From assembly GCA_951406725.2 (NCBI GenBank), contig OX597814.1, positions 201,438,001 to 201,502,000 of the forward strand: DNA of 64,000 nt, written 5' to 3'. The stretch is from Octopus vulgaris. Lineage: Eukaryota. The stretch's first letter is position 1; each line of letters begins with the position of its first letter. The notes beneath the pieces were generated by a model that was not told where the DNA came from, searched no databases, and was given only the letters and a program-made list of their open reading frames with translations. Position numbers and translations under genes: made by a program. Shown here one piece after another: positions 13,185-26,861 of the stretch.

Positions 13185-13349
13185 GGCGCAGGAGTGGCTG
13201 TGTGGTAAGTAGCTTGCTAACCAACCACATGGTTGCGGGTTCAGTCCCACTGCGTGGCATCTTGGGCAAGTGTCTTCTGCTATAGCCCCGGGCCGAATAA
13301 TGCCTTGTGAGTGGATTTGGTTGACGGAAACTGAAAGAAGCCTGTCGTA

Positions 13350-13404
<55 letters not shown>

Positions 13405-13605
13405 TTGTGTGTCTGTGTTTGTCTCCTTGACAACCGATGCTGGTGTGTTTACGTCCCTGTCACTTAGCGGTTCGGCAAAAGAAACCGATAGAATAAGTAC
13501 TGGGCTTACAAAGAATAAGTCCCGGGGTCGATTTGCTCGACTAAAGGCGGTGCTCCAGCATGGCCGCAGTCAAGTGACTGAAACAAGTAAAAGAGTAAAA
13601 GAGAG
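13185..13605 (+). mobile_element. SINE family S2 with internal (TA)n(TG)n
   Basis: Head ggcgcaggagtggctgtgtggtaag...ggttcagtccc, tail 'aagtaaaagag' repeats; many copies. Confidence 0.85.
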
Positions 13606-13615
13606 TATGTGTATA

Positions 13616-13666
<51 letters not shown>

Positions 13667-14238
13667 AATGTTTGCTCGTGTTAGTAAATTCTTAATACTG
13701 TTTCTCAAAGAAATCATGTTCGAAAATCCAATATATTTTGTTTTTAACCAGCGTCAGACATTTGTTCACTTCTGCTCCCTGAAGGTGTTATAACTTATAC
13801 TTCCTTTCAAAGATATATAATAATGATAGAATGACAGAATGACAGAATGATAGAATATTTCAAACTCGCATTCCCTTATATTGCCAACGTTCTTGTCAAA
13901 TAAGTAAAAACAAAAGAACTAATCAAATATTTGATCTTTAATTACAAAAAGAAATACTTTAACGTCTCTAATATTAAAGTAATTTGACATTATTCTCACC
14001 TTTTCTACTTAAATTACTAACTGGGAAAAGATTAACCATCTGTAATCATTGACACAGCGACATTTCTTTCATTGTTGTGATGATCCAAAAGATGAGATTT
14101 CAAAGATGCTAAAATGAAATTTTCTTCGCATCTTTACAATTTTCAGCAATTCCTGCCTGCAGCGGAGTTGGAATCATCAATGGTTCAAAGACAAGTGGAT
14201 TTATTAGCGGAAGTTTAGGATTCTTAAAAGGAGAGAAT

Positions 14239-14987
14239 TTCTTCTTCATCTTCTTCTTCTTCTTCTTCTTCATCTTCTTCTTCTTCTTCTTCTTCTTCTT
14301 CTTCTTCTTCTTCTTCTTCTTCTTCTTCTTCTTCTTCTTCTTCTTCTTCTTCTTCTTCATCTTCTTCTTCTTCTTCTTCTTCTTCTTCTTCTTCTTCTTC
14401 TTCTTCTTCTTCTTCTTCTTCTTCTCTTCTTCTTCTTCTTCTTCTTCTTCTTCTTCTTCTTCTCTTCTTCTTCTTCATCTTCTTCTTCATCTTCTTCTTC
14501 TTCTTCTTCTTCTTCTTCTTCTTCTTCTTCTTCTTCTTCTTCTTCTTCTTCTTCTTCTTCTTCTTCTTCTTCTTTATCTTCTTCTTCTTCTTCTTCTTCT
14601 TCTTCTTCTTTATCTTCTTCTTTATCTTCTTCTTCTTCTTCTTCTTCTTCTTCTTCTTCTTCTTCTTCTTCTTCTTCTTCTTTATCTTCTTCTTCTTCTT
14701 CTTCTTCTTCTTCTTCTTCTTCATCTTCTTCTTCTTCTTCTTCTTCTTCATCTTCTTCATCTTCTTCTTCATCTTCTTCTTCTTCTTCTTCTTCTTCTTC
14801 TTCTTCTTCTTCTTCTTCTTCTTCTTCTTCTTCTTCTTCTTCTTCTTCTTCTTCTTCTTCTTCTTCTTCTTCTTCTTCTTTATCTTCTTCTTCTTCTTCT
14901 TCTTCTTCTTCTTCTTCTTCTTCTTCTTCTTCTTCTTCTTCTTCTTCTTCTTCTTCTTCTTCTTCTTCTTCTCCTCCTTCTTCTTCT
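14239..14987. repeat. ~750-bp (TTC)n microsatellite
   Basis: Direct reading; occasional ATC/TTT variants. Confidence 0.97.
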
Positions 14988-15185
14988 GGCGATGAGCTGG
15001 CAGAAACGTTAGCATGCCGGGCGAAATGCTTAGCGATATTTCGTCTGTCGTTACATTCTGAGTTAAAATTCTGCCGAGGTCGACTTTACCTTTCATCCTT
15101 TCGAGGTCGATAAATTAAGTACCAGTTGCGTACTGGCGTCGATACAATCGACAAGTCCCCTTTCCCAAATTTGAGGCCTTGTCGA
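14988..15185 (+). mobile_element. SINE S1 monomer
   Basis: Matches S1 head and body. Confidence 0.8.
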
Positions 15186-15239
15186 AATGATTATGATTAT
15201 TACTATTCCTTCGTAACACAGTGTAGGTAAAAATGCACC

Positions 15240-15740
15240 GGAGTCTTTAGTCATCTGTCAAGTGACAACAAGGACCTCAGGCAGATGATACTTTCCTTGA
15301 GATGTGTGCTGTGTCCAATAAGGCTGCTTTTTGCAAGACATCAATCTTGCATGGGATTTCCAGTTGCCTTAAGAAGTCTTGAAGTTTCAATGGGATTGAG
15401 TCCAACGCTCCGATCACCACTGGTATCACTTTTACATTACCCTCTTGCATTCCATACAGTCTTGCCATTTCCACTTTAAGTTCGGAGTACTTAGTGATTT
15501 TTCAACCTCTTTACTCACAACATTCATGTTATTTGGTGTGGCTACATCAATGATCTGACAGTATTTGTCTCTCTTATTCAATAGGACAATATCCGGCTGA
15601 AAATGTTCGATTACACGATTCGTCTGAAAATCATAGTCCCAGAGTATCGTTACTTTTCCATCCTCCTGCATAACTTTACTTGGTACATGCTCATGCCAGT
15701 TCTCTGTTACTTCATATTGGAATTTACGGCATAAGAGCCA
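15240..15740 (-). mobile_element. Dong/R4 LINE RLE-domain fragment
   Basis: ILWDYDFQT...PDIVLLNK..CQIIDVA...VIPVVIGAL...LQKAALLDTAHI; adjacent (ATT)n. Confidence 0.85.
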
Positions 15741-15743
15741 TTA

Positions 15744-15814
<71 letters not shown>

Positions 15815-15817
<3 letters not shown>

Positions 15818-15952
15818 TAGTTTTATTTTTATAGCGTGCTTTCACTTCACTACCGAGCGCAGCTCTGTGTGCCTTGGGTATGTGCTGTGATTTGTTGTGA
15901 TGCTCTGATGGTTATTGTATGGAAAGTGTTCTGCGTAGGATGTGTGCAGTGC
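15815..15952 (-). mobile_element. Dong/R4 extreme 3' end between two (ATT)n tracts
   Basis: GTAHILRRTLSIQ* plus short UTR. Confidence 0.65.
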
Positions 15953-15953
15953 C

Positions 15954-16003
<50 letters not shown>

Positions 16004-16370
16004 GAGTGAGAGAGCAGTGCATGCCATCAAAGTGACACTGGGGTAAAATATATGAAGCCCAGTGCACCCATCATGACTAGCCGTACACCAGGCATATGCA
16101 TCATAACCATATGTTCACGATATAGTAATCTCATATCAAGATAAACAGCGCATGTCCTTACAGGCCGGGCCCAGTTGGAATTCTCTTCAAGTCGAGTAAC
16201 CCATCTCACTCAAAATGTCCCTAAATAATGGTTCTTTAAGGATGTTGAACGAAACACCCATGTTTCCAGATGTGAGTTATCCAAACCCCAAAGAATTCCT
16301 CTCAACACATGGCTATGATGCTCCCCCACTACTTCTACTCGTGATCAGAGATGCACATATCGTCAGCCAC
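16004..16370 (-). mobile_element. Family T retroposon, 5'-truncated
   Basis: Collinear with 37164-37716. Confidence 0.75.
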
Positions 16371-19179
16371 TTGACCTGTAACTTATAAATTAGATATCTT
16401 ACGAAGAGAGAGACATTTCATTAAAATTAAAGATGAAATTAATTAGAATCCGGACGAAAGTTATGTAATTTTTTTGTTTCATAGATGTCGCTAATTTAGG
16501 ATTCAAGAGAAAAAGAGAAGTTTCTTAATGCAGGGAATAACAGCCGTTTCTTAAATCTGTCTTTTTTTTATGTTTGTCTTTCGGTTGTGTCTTTTCTTAA
16601 TTGATTTCATCGAGGTGTGAATGCTCTTTTGTTGCAATTGCTCGCTTTCCTATGTAACACTGCTTCTCATAACGTTTACTTTGTTTTCGTATTCATATAA
16701 CAGTTGTTTCGGGGGCGGGGGAATAAACACTTTCATTCGTAACCACAGTGAATAATGCCAATATTATTTAGTTTATCCTGGTGATATTTATGTTCATCCT
16801 TGTTTTTATTGTGTGTGCAATGGCCACATTTACGTTTGCTGTTGCTATTTCTTTGTTAATATTTATACCTCGGAATTACCGCCATTATCCATAGGAAGAT
16901 CTATTGATTTTAGTACTTAATGTATTTCCATGTTTAGGTTATTGTCAAATACATCGCTGGAATTATATACGCTCTGTCTCATATTTCCTTTGATCTATAA
17001 CCTTCTTCGTGATGTTTTGTTTCCGTTTTTGGTTGTAAATATTCAGCAGTAAAATCGGGTTTGACTTTTTTGCGTGTTATTTCCTTTGTATTTTACCTGT
17101 TTATGTCCATCTCCACAGATTATGACCTCAATGTCGTTTTTTGTTTTTAAATTATTACATTCGTTTGCTCCTTTATTGTTTCATATTTGTCCATTGTTTG
17201 TGTTTCAATTACGAATTTTTTTTTTGTTTCAAATGCTCGACTTCCATGTCTGGTGTGTTTTTGTGACATGGATGATATATATAGTCTTAAATTAGTTGTT
17301 CTTTTAGAATTCAAAAGCATTGTACTTGTAGATCAGGGTATATTTTCTTATGAAATTATTGTTATAGTTGCGGTTTTCGGATAAAACGTAGTCGTAAAAT
17401 ATTTGTATATTTTACAGTCAAATCCTTTTTGCATCCCTTTCTTCTGTTTCTCTCATATTTGTGAGATAAGTCCGAACATTTATTTAGATTGTCATAATTT
17501 TCGTCGGTAACGGGTTATTTGCTTTTGACAAATACATAACTCGAATGTGTGGTTGGCGCGGCTGAGGTTACTGTATCATTTTGGTGTTGATTCGATTTGT
17601 GCTCCGTTAGTTTGTTTACATATAATGGCCGATCGATGACCATTATGAACATTTGCAATGCCTTACTTATATTTGGTAACAGACAATAAAATTTCACTAA
17701 TAAATCAATGTATTACTTATACAAGATATTCTTCAACATGTCTGTCATATTCTTACAATTTGTTCGTATTTATTTCACTGATGTTAATGGAGACGTTCCA
17801 TTTTGTTCTAAGTAAAACTTCGGACAAATTGTCAGGCGGCATTTCTTCCAATTCTTTATGTTATTAATTCATCTCCGTCTTTTATCCTTCCGAAATTAAT
17901 AAAATAAAGTATCACTCAAGTACTTTATTTTATCAATAAAATAAAGTGACCGACTTAATCATAAATCCACTCTCCTTAACAGTGCGGGTCTTGTGCCTAA
18001 ATTAGACTTGAATGACAAACACATTGGAGCGCCGGACGAAATACATTGCACTATTTCTTTTGGTTCTTTATTATGAGTTTAGACGCCGCCAAGAAATCAT
18101 CTTTGCTTTTCATCCTTGATGTGTCAATAAAATAACATTCTCATCCAGATCGATTTAACCGACTGACTCCCCCTCCAATCACATGGCCTGATTTCTGTCT
18201 AAATTAGAAATCACAATATGATGAAAGAATAAAGAAGAAATGGTTTCCGGTGTTTGTTCTAGGTTTTTACTCTCTGATTTCAAATCCAGTCGAAGTCAAC
18301 CTTATTTTTCATCACTCCGAGGTCGATAAAATGAAGTACCAGTGAAATACCCCTCAAAATTGCTGGCCTTGTCCCTAAATTAGAAACAACTGTTATAGAT
18401 AAAGCTCTATGTGTTGCTGTCGCTTTTAGGGTTTGCCATTTCTTTAGTCTTAAGATTAAGACAACTTCCCGCTTAGTGAGCCAGTCACGGGTTGTTCTCT
18501 ATTCTATAAGCATTTGATTGAATATTGTATTACCCTTCCCTTTGTACGTGTTTTTTTACTATTTCACACAAATGTTTTGAAATTTATCATTTCCTGGTGC
18601 CTTCCAGTTGTTTATTGTCCGTAACGTCTAGAAAATTCCACTGATTGCTCAGGTTCTACGTTTATTGTCTCGTCCCACCCGTTGTGCTATATTTCTTTTT
18701 CTTTATCTATTATCACTCCCGGAATTCATCTACGAATCATGCTTATTGGTGTGGCATTGATTTCTATATTATTTTTAACCAGTCCCTGATAAAATTGATT
18801 TAAATTGGAGTCTAACTGGTCATTTTCTTCAAAGAAACACTGTTTTTCATAACGACTGTTTCTTTACGAGTTTGCGAGGATTTCTTATTGCAGACGATCA
18901 TTGATTTGGCTACTTTATTTTGTTACAATATATTTCAATACTATTTATCTTTCCTTCATATATATTTTTTTTCAGTCGTGTCTTTCCGTTATTGATTTCG
19001 TTAAGGTTTGAAGCGATCTACTATTATTATTGTTTAGCCTTACTGTATGTCTGTTTTACACATTATTTATTTTGTGCTGATATTCATATAACATCAATTT
19101 TGAGGAAGTGCCCCGTTTTCTTTTTTAACTAAGTGGATGCGGCTTATATTAATGAGTTTATTTTGTCGCTATAAATTAT

Positions 19180-20380
19180 CGGGCGTGCGTTAGGGTAGGT
19201 TGGTGGTGAAGTAAGTGAGCGGTTTGATGTGAAGGTGGCGTTAAGACAACGTTGTGTGATATCTCCGTGGCTGTTTGATTTATATATGGATGTTGTGGGG
19301 AGAGAGGTGAATGCAAGAAACTTTGGTAAAGGAGAACAAATGGTGGGAGAAAATGGAGAGAAATGGCAGGTTAGTCAGTTGTTGTTTGTTGGTGATACAG
19401 CACTGGTGGCGAATTCGGAAGAGCAATTGAGGAGACTGGTGGTAGAGTTTGGAAGATTGTGTGAGAGGCGGAAACCGAAAGTGAATGTAGCTAAGAGTAA
19501 GATGATGAGATGTTTGAGAGATGGAATGCCAGGTAGGATGGATGTGAGTATAAGTGGTGAGATGTTAGAGGAGGTGAGTGCTTTTAAGTATCTGGGATCA
19601 CATGTGACGTTGGATGGTGCGGGGTTGGCAGAGGAAATGGGACACAGAGTGAGGTGGGGAGTAAGATACTTAGAGTTGCGAAAGGTATGCTGAGAGATAA
19701 AAGGTTGAGTATGAAAGCGAAAAGAGATGTGTATGAGAGCGTGATTGTGTCGACAATGTTATATGATGAAGCGACGTGGAGGCTGAGAGAGGCGGAAAGG
19801 AGACGACGTGTTTGAGATGAGATGTTTGAAGATGAGATGTTGGTGTGACACGGATGGACAGGTTGAGGAATGAGGAGGTGCAAAGGCGAGCAGGAATGTG
19901 AGAAAAACTAACAACCAAAATGGATAGACGAATGTTGAGGCGGTTTGGACACACGGAGAGGATGGATGAGGAGCGGATGGTGAGGAGGGTGATGAAGGCA
20001 AAAATGGTAAGCAGCAGAACCAGAAGCAGACCCCGGTTTGTGTGGATGGATGGAGTGAGGAAAGCTTTGGTGGTCAGAGGTGTTGGAGTGAGAGAGGCAA
20101 GAGAGTTTATAAATGATAGGAAAGATTGGAGAGTGTTTGTGGACAGATGAGTGAATTTGATGTTGCTCAAAGGGGTATGGAACCAGCATGATACAGCCGG
20201 GGTAAACCAGTATATGCTGTCGGGCCCTGCTGCTGCTGATATTGGGGGTTGCGTTCTATGCCTTGACCCGAGCATAGAACGGGGTTCGCTTCTTTGAGGT
20301 GGGAAATGAATGGAATGCCTGGTGTGTGTCTTGTGGCTAACCCCTTCTGAAAATATGGGGAGCAGGTCTGGGTATATGAA
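19180..20380 (+). mobile_element. RTE LINE, decayed RT plus 3' UTR
   Basis: CVISPWLFDLYMD...LLFVGDTALVA...KVNVAKSKMM...FKYLGS...RFGHTERMDEERMVRRV; 3' part repeated at 41938-42275. Confidence 0.9.
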
Positions 20381-21880
20381 AAAATAATTTCTCAGAGCTT
20401 GTGTGGAATAACTTGATAAAATACAGTGCATTATCTCAGCAACTGTTCTACACATGAGGCATTTCGATCTTAAGATGCTGAGCCTTATGGAAGAGATTTA
20501 AAAAAAACTGGTGCTTTGCTGTGATTGAGAAAACCCGCCCACCACAACAGAACTGATATCCACAAACCACCTTAATAAATGCTGGTACGTGCAAAGCTCT
20601 GTCTCACCTCCATTCTCTTTGCCCTGTCAAGCTTTCCCGACATCTCATTCTTTACACTCATCAGTTCTTTATCTTTGATATCATTCGGCTACCATAACTA
20701 TCTGATTGTAGAAAAGGCATGCCTCGAAGGGTTTGCTTGTTGCTTGTGTTGCAAAATATGTATCGCTGTTGGACCTTTCTTCGTTGGAGAAAAACTGCCA
20801 GTAGAATAACTGAAGCTCACTCGGGGTGTCTGACCGAGTATCTAGCAGCTAGGTTTCGAATCTTCGCTACAAGCTGTCTCCTTCCAGCTCTTTACGTGAA
20901 AGTAAAAAAGAAAAAAGAAGCGAAATAATAAAACAGATAATTTACATTAAAAAAATAATAGGCTCAACACAACTGCAAAAAGAACAAGAAAAAGAAAAAC
21001 AGACATAGAATGCAGAATAAATGCTGAAAGAATGTCTATGTAACAATGATAAGTTTGTAAGATAGGTAAAGTTTTGCACTTATTTTTACTTTTCTCTTTG
21101 GAACTGTAAAAAAAGAATTTCTTGTGCAGGAAAATACGAGCCTGAGTGTATCGGGAATGCAAAGTATTGATAGGAAAACGAGATTGTACTTTTGTTGCAA
21201 AACTTTTCCGCTCCGTTGATATTACGTATATCCACAGCAAACTGAAATTTAATCTAGATGTTTGATGTCTCTTGGGAAGCATTTATCCGTGTTGGAATAT
21301 AATGTGTAGGTTAAAGGACGAATATCAGCGCAGATGCTGCTGGTTCTTCTTTCCAAGAAATGGCTTAAGTGCTGTATCGGCAAATAAGCTGCTGTGTTTT
21401 CCCGTGTTTGAGCGGACAATTTGGAAGAACATAGTTGAATGCATGTGGTGATGTGTAAGTACCAAAACAGTCGCAATACGAACAAAATATCATGGATCTC
21501 CTCCCAATAACTATATGGTTGAGAAGCAAACTTCTTACCACGTAGCAATGTCTGCGCTTCTGTTTTGGATTTCAAATGTATTTGGTTCTTCACTCTCTGG
21601 TTCGATGTCAATATCTGTTTCTTTCCTTTTCACACATTTATTCCATCCCATCATTTATACACTGCAATTTGACGTGTTCACACGTATTGATTCACTAGAC
21701 GAGAGAGTTAGATTGTTTTCATCATGAACAAATATCTAGAGACATTTTATGATCATTAACCACTTGTGCTAGTCCCTTGCTCTTACATGTTTATATAATT
21801 TCACTCACAAGCAGTAGATTTCAAACTGTATATATAAGCAATAATAAATCTCTGAACGAGATGTAAACAGTGACCGCTCG

Positions 21881-22160
21881 ACAACGTAAAGTATAATAGC
21901 CATCTCAATATGGCTAACCACTAAGGGTGGGTGTTACTGTAGCTTTTTAGCCCCAGGAGATCATCATCTCCAGCTGGCTTTAGGCACACTTTCTGTGCCC
22001 TTATGATATTTACAAAGGGAGGTCATCCCAAATATCATAAGGGCACAGAAAGTGTGTCTAAAGCCAGCTGGAGACGATGATCTCCTGGGGCTAAAAAGCT
22101 ACAGTAACACCCACCCTTAGTGGTTAGTCATATTGAGATGGCTAGTATACTTTACGTTGT
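21881..22160. repeat. Near-perfect hairpin: 131-bp arms, 18-nt spacer
   Basis: 21881-22011 is the reverse complement of 22030-22160 with about 4 mismatches. Confidence 0.95.
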
Positions 22161-22267
22161 ATATATAAGACAGTAAGGAAAATAAGTGAAGCAAAGCATC
22201 TGGATATATTTTTAAGATTTTTACTCCTAATACTATTGTATTTATGGGTAACTGATATATATTTTTA

Positions 22268-22683
22268 AGGCGCCGAGCTGGCAGAAACGTTAGCACACCG
22301 GGCGAAATGCTTAGCAGTATTGCGTCTGTCGTTGCGTTCTGAGTTCAAATTCCGTCGAGGTCGACTTTGCCTTTCATCCTTTCGTGGTCGATAAATTAAG
22401 TACCAGTTACGCACTGGGGTCGATATAATCGACTTAATCCGTTTGTCTGTCCTTGTTTGTCCCCTCTGTGTTTAGCCCCTTGTGGGTAGTAAAGAAATAG
22501 GTATTTCGTCCGTCTTTACGTTCTGAGTTCAAATTCCGTCGAGGTCGACTTTGCCTTTCATCCTTTCGGGGTCGATAAATTAAGTACCAGTTACGCACTG
22601 GGGTCGATATAATCGACTTAATCCGTTTGTCTGTCCTTGTTTATCCCCTCTATGTTTAGCCCCTTGTGGGCAATAAAGAAACA
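22268..22683 (+). mobile_element. SINE S1 dimer with 13-bp TSD
   Basis: gatatatattttt at 22254-22266 and 22684-22696. Confidence 0.85.
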
Positions 22684-22707
22684 GATATATATTTTTTCCA
22701 TTGCTCA

Positions 22708-23222
22708 TCTATATATATATAAAACTGTAGTTGTGTGAGTGTCTGTCCCCTTCGATTTAGATTCCTAACTACTCCCACATTTTGCGGTGCAGTTTAACCA
22801 AATTCGGGTATCTTATAGTCGTGATTCATATCGAGCCCGTCTGGCTATTAGAGCGCGTCTACGATGAGTCTACGATTTTAAAAATAATTTAACATCATTT
22901 TTTATTCCATTTTAATGCATAATTTTTCGTGTGTCGATGGCGGCGGAGTTGGCGTCCATGGTCACACCTGCACCTGTTTGCTTCTCCCCCTTCTTCCCTC
23001 CCTCGTGAAGCCGTGGGGAAGGGAGTGTAAGGAAATCAACGTCGTAAAGCGTTGTCAAGGAGACCAGCGTTCTTTTAGAACAACGACTTCATGGCTTGAA
23101 GACACCAAAACAGAAATGGCTAAGAAAGCCCGAATTGGCATCTATAAGGGAAGTAACTCTCTAAAAATGCTTATATAGTTATTTCCCTTACAAACCCGAG
23201 CAACGCCGGGCGATACTGCTAG
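22708..23222 (+). mobile_element. Non-autonomous Helitron
   Basis: A|TC 5' end, subterminal hairpin cccgagcaacgccggg, CTAG|T 3' end. Confidence 0.85.
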
Positions 23223-23679
23223 TATTTCATGAAATTAAAGGAAATTAAACGTAGAACAGTTTTTAATGATCTGGGTATACAATATCATATCGTTCTCATC
23301 ATCGTTGTGGCTGTCGTCGTCGCCGTTGTTCTAACGTTTACTTTTTTTTTCGCTTGTATCGCTCAGACGAAAAAAATCATTTAAGCAAATTTTTTTTTTC
23401 CTAAAAATAAAATATAAGAAACCATAGAATAGAAGAACAGTTCTTGTGTTGAGTTCTGAATATATTTGTCAAGGGAAAGAAACATAATGTAAAGAAGGAG
23501 CGAATAAAATCATCTTCACACCTACAGTGTGAAAAACAATACTTGAGAAAGTGTAAATGTTGGTAAGTCGTTACTATGACAGCAGTTTAAGAATGCTGAC
23601 AGGAGCAATAAGAATAATCTACACTTATGCGTTGAGTCATGTATGACTCAATTAAGCATTGAGTCAGATACATATGTCA

Positions 23680-24115
23680 TCATCATCATTATCATCATCA
23701 TCGTTTAACGTCCGCTTTCCATGCTAGCATGGGTTGGACGATTTGACTGAGGTCTGGCGAACCAGATGGATGCACCGGGCTCCAGTCTTGATCTGGCAGA
23801 GTTTCTACAGCTGGATGCCCTTCCTAACGCCAACCACTCCGAGAGTGTAGTGGATGCTTTTACGTGCCACCGGCAAGAGGGCCAGTCAGGCGGTACTGGC
23901 AACGGCCACGCTCAAATGGTGCTTTTTATGTGCCACCTGCACAGGGGCCAGTCCAGTGGCACTGGAAACGACGACCTTGCTCGAATGTTTTTTCACGTGC
24001 CACCAGCACAAGTGTTAGTAAGGCAACGCAGGTAACGATCACGCTCGAATGGTGTTTTTAACGTGCTATCGGCACGGAGGCCAGCTTGTTGCTCTGGCAA
24101 CGATCTCACTCGTAT
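23680..24115 (-). mobile_element. SINE-like repeat with internal tandem units and (TGA)n RTE-type tail
   Basis: 'gttaggaagggcatccagc' motif; repeated 'tttacgtgccacc' units; fragments also at ~28.7 and ~40.1 kb. Confidence 0.65.
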
Positions 24116-25289
24116 GTATATATATAAATAAAGAAGTATTATTACCGTTATTTATAGTAATAATAAAGTGGCTAGCAAGTTCACGCCTTTACAGGCAAAT
24201 TATAAAGTAATTTAAGATTAAGTAGGGTATATAATACCATTTGCTAAAATCAGAGCCATTACTCCAAAACCCACCATAAAAATTACGTATGAAAGGAAAT
24301 ATTTACATAATCAACTGGCTTCACTTGTGTTAATCATGACTACAATATTATGCTATCATAAGAAGTTTTCATTCCATGCTAGTAGGAGGAAGGATATGCG
24401 TGTGTATGTCAGTGTGTGTGCGCGTGAGTGCGTTGCGCACATGCACACATTCATTCACTCATTCACTCATTCACTCACATACACATGCACACGTACACGT
24501 ACACACACACACACATAGGCATTTTATAAGACAATATTGAATGTTATTCTCTTATCGATACTTAGCTAGTAATATTGTTCTGAGAGGAATTAGTTAAATT
24601 TAGCAGCGTTTACGGAAATGTGTCTGATCAAATGAATAAGAGTAACATCGAAAGCCAGTCGACATCATCGAAGAATAAGAAGAGGTTTAGTTAATGCTCT
24701 TATGATGATAAGGCTGATATGGAAAGAGAAGGGAGTGAGGAATATTTTAGTTAATTGGAAAAGATAGCAGGAAAAGGAAACAGAAATTTTCTTTAAGTTT
24801 ACGACTGAAGAAAATTAGATATACGAAATAGACCATTTTCTCCTTTGATTCTATATTTGTATCAGACTCTTGCATGTGCAAGAGAAGAATATCCTATCTT
24901 AAATCAGCTTTAAAACGATGACTTCAGAATTCCATCAGTAATTTTCTAACTTAGTTCTTCAATTTAATTAACTTTCAATTTATTATATCGAAGCTATAGT
25001 TTAATTGTATTGATTACTTTGTTTCTGGCATTAAATTTCGGTTTTAATATTAGTCTCAGCCATAAGGTGCTTAGCTGGCAGAATCGTTAGCATGCCATGC
25101 AAAATCCTTGATAGCATTTTGTCTGTCTTTATGTTCTGAGTTCAAATCCTGCTGAGATTGTCTTTGACATTCGTCTCTTTGAGGTCAACAATCTCAGTAC
25201 CAGTTGAACACCAGGGTCAATGTAACTGACTTACTACTCCCCCGAAATTGCTGGCCCTGAGTCAAAATTTGGAATCATTATTAGTCTCA

Positions 25290-26300
25290 CTCTTCTGAAG
25301 TATTTGGACATCTTCATTTACTTGAGTTATATCAATTCATCTTCAACTATTTATAAGTATTCCTGTGAATGATTTTGTCCATATTTCCTTTTATGGATCA
25401 AATTCAATGTTCTCAGATTTAATCAACATACTTCTTAACGAGTTTCGGCACATATTTCTAACTGCATACTTTTTACATCATTGATGAATTCATGTACAAT
25501 CTTAAATGGGTTCTCTAACTGTGTGCTGTCCTTTGTAGATAGCTTAAAATCATCCATACAGAGGAGATGATTTATAATTTCTCCATATCATTTATACTTA
25601 ATGGTGGTTTCTGTCGGCAGATTTTTTTAATGGATTCAGAGACAAGCAGAGGTATAGAGGAAACAGTTTTAAATTATCATCTCATCATTTGTTTGCTCTG
25701 CATCAAAGTGGTTGTTTACCATTTTCTGTGCAAGTATTGGAGTTAAATTATTTATATGGCATTTCTCCAACGTTATTTGAAGGCATGGTGCACTGTCAAA
25801 TGCTTTTTAGTAATCAATCCATACCAAGCTAATTTCTGTCTTCTCTTCTTCCTGTCTACTATAATTGCCCAGTTCGACATTAGCTGCTCATTATAAGCAA
25901 ACAACCCTTTCAGACACTCATTTTGTTTCTCTAGTAAGATTGCAATGTTTTCCAGATGAGGAACCAACATGTTACATAATACGTATGCAAGAGCTTTCTA
26001 TGTTGTTGACAAAGAAGATAAAAGTCTGCAGGTTTGCAAATGTCTGGTTTGTTTGCTTTGGCGAATCAATACTGTTTTCTTTCTTTTATATATTGATCCT
26101 GGTCTGTTTACTAATTCTTTCAATGCTGTTGCCATAGGTTCATGAATATTGCTTCAGTAATTCAACCCAAAATAAGGAACATATTCAATTCAAGGATTTT
26201 TTCCCCAGTTCCTTGCAGTCTTTACCATTTTGCTGAATTCCTCATTAGCTACACTGAGATATGCTTGCATTGTTAGTGCATTTTTAATATCCCTAATTTC
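25290..26300 (-). mobile_element. Old Dong/R4-type RT fragment
   Basis: INHLLCMDDFKL and WIDY.KAFDS-like motifs on the minus strand. Confidence 0.65.
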
Positions 26301-26468
26301 CCCTTCAAATCTGTCATGTTTTTGTTTAGAATATTATTGAAGCATTTTTACACTGCACAATGAATATCAACTCTGAGTGCTTTAACTGTGCTTCTTTATT
26401 ATTATATTGAAAGGAACCCCAAAATATATTGGAAATAATTTAAGTATTCATTATCTGTCTCTGTCTCT

Positions 26469-26535
<67 letters not shown>

Positions 26536-26544
<9 letters not shown>

Positions 26545-26777
26545 TTAGAGACAAAACCACTATTATGCAAATCAAACAAAGAAAGACTTAATACAATACA
26601 TAAAAAATGTTATATAAATTAAATATAATTAAGATTAATGTATTGGATTAAGTCTTTCTTTGTTTGATTTGCATAATAGTGGTTTTGTCTCTAATTAATA
26701 TTATATTATATTTTACTATAAAATTGGATTCAATCCTAAATCTGATTTTTCCCTGTAAATTTGGATTTATTCCCTAA

Positions 26778-26781
<4 letters not shown>
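26536..26781. repeat. Foldback element (arms 26536-26602 / 26638-26704 plus extension), same family as 7187-7715
   Basis: Direct inverted match; (TA)n on the left, (ATT)n on the right. Confidence 0.85.

Positions 26782-26861
<80 letters not shown>

Noticed and set aside
14148-14238. Possible exon after ttttcag (IPACSGVGIINGSKTSGF...)
   Set aside because: No GT donor at the expected end, runs into (TTC)n, and no recognisable protein
14224-15096. 290-aa poly-K/R/E ORF and similar poly-I/N/Y/H ORFs (43 kb, 49-51 kb)
   Set aside because: Translations of microsatellites; no coding signal
20570-21720. Unique-looking sequence with short open frames
   Set aside because: Stops in the frames examined and no domain motif recognised
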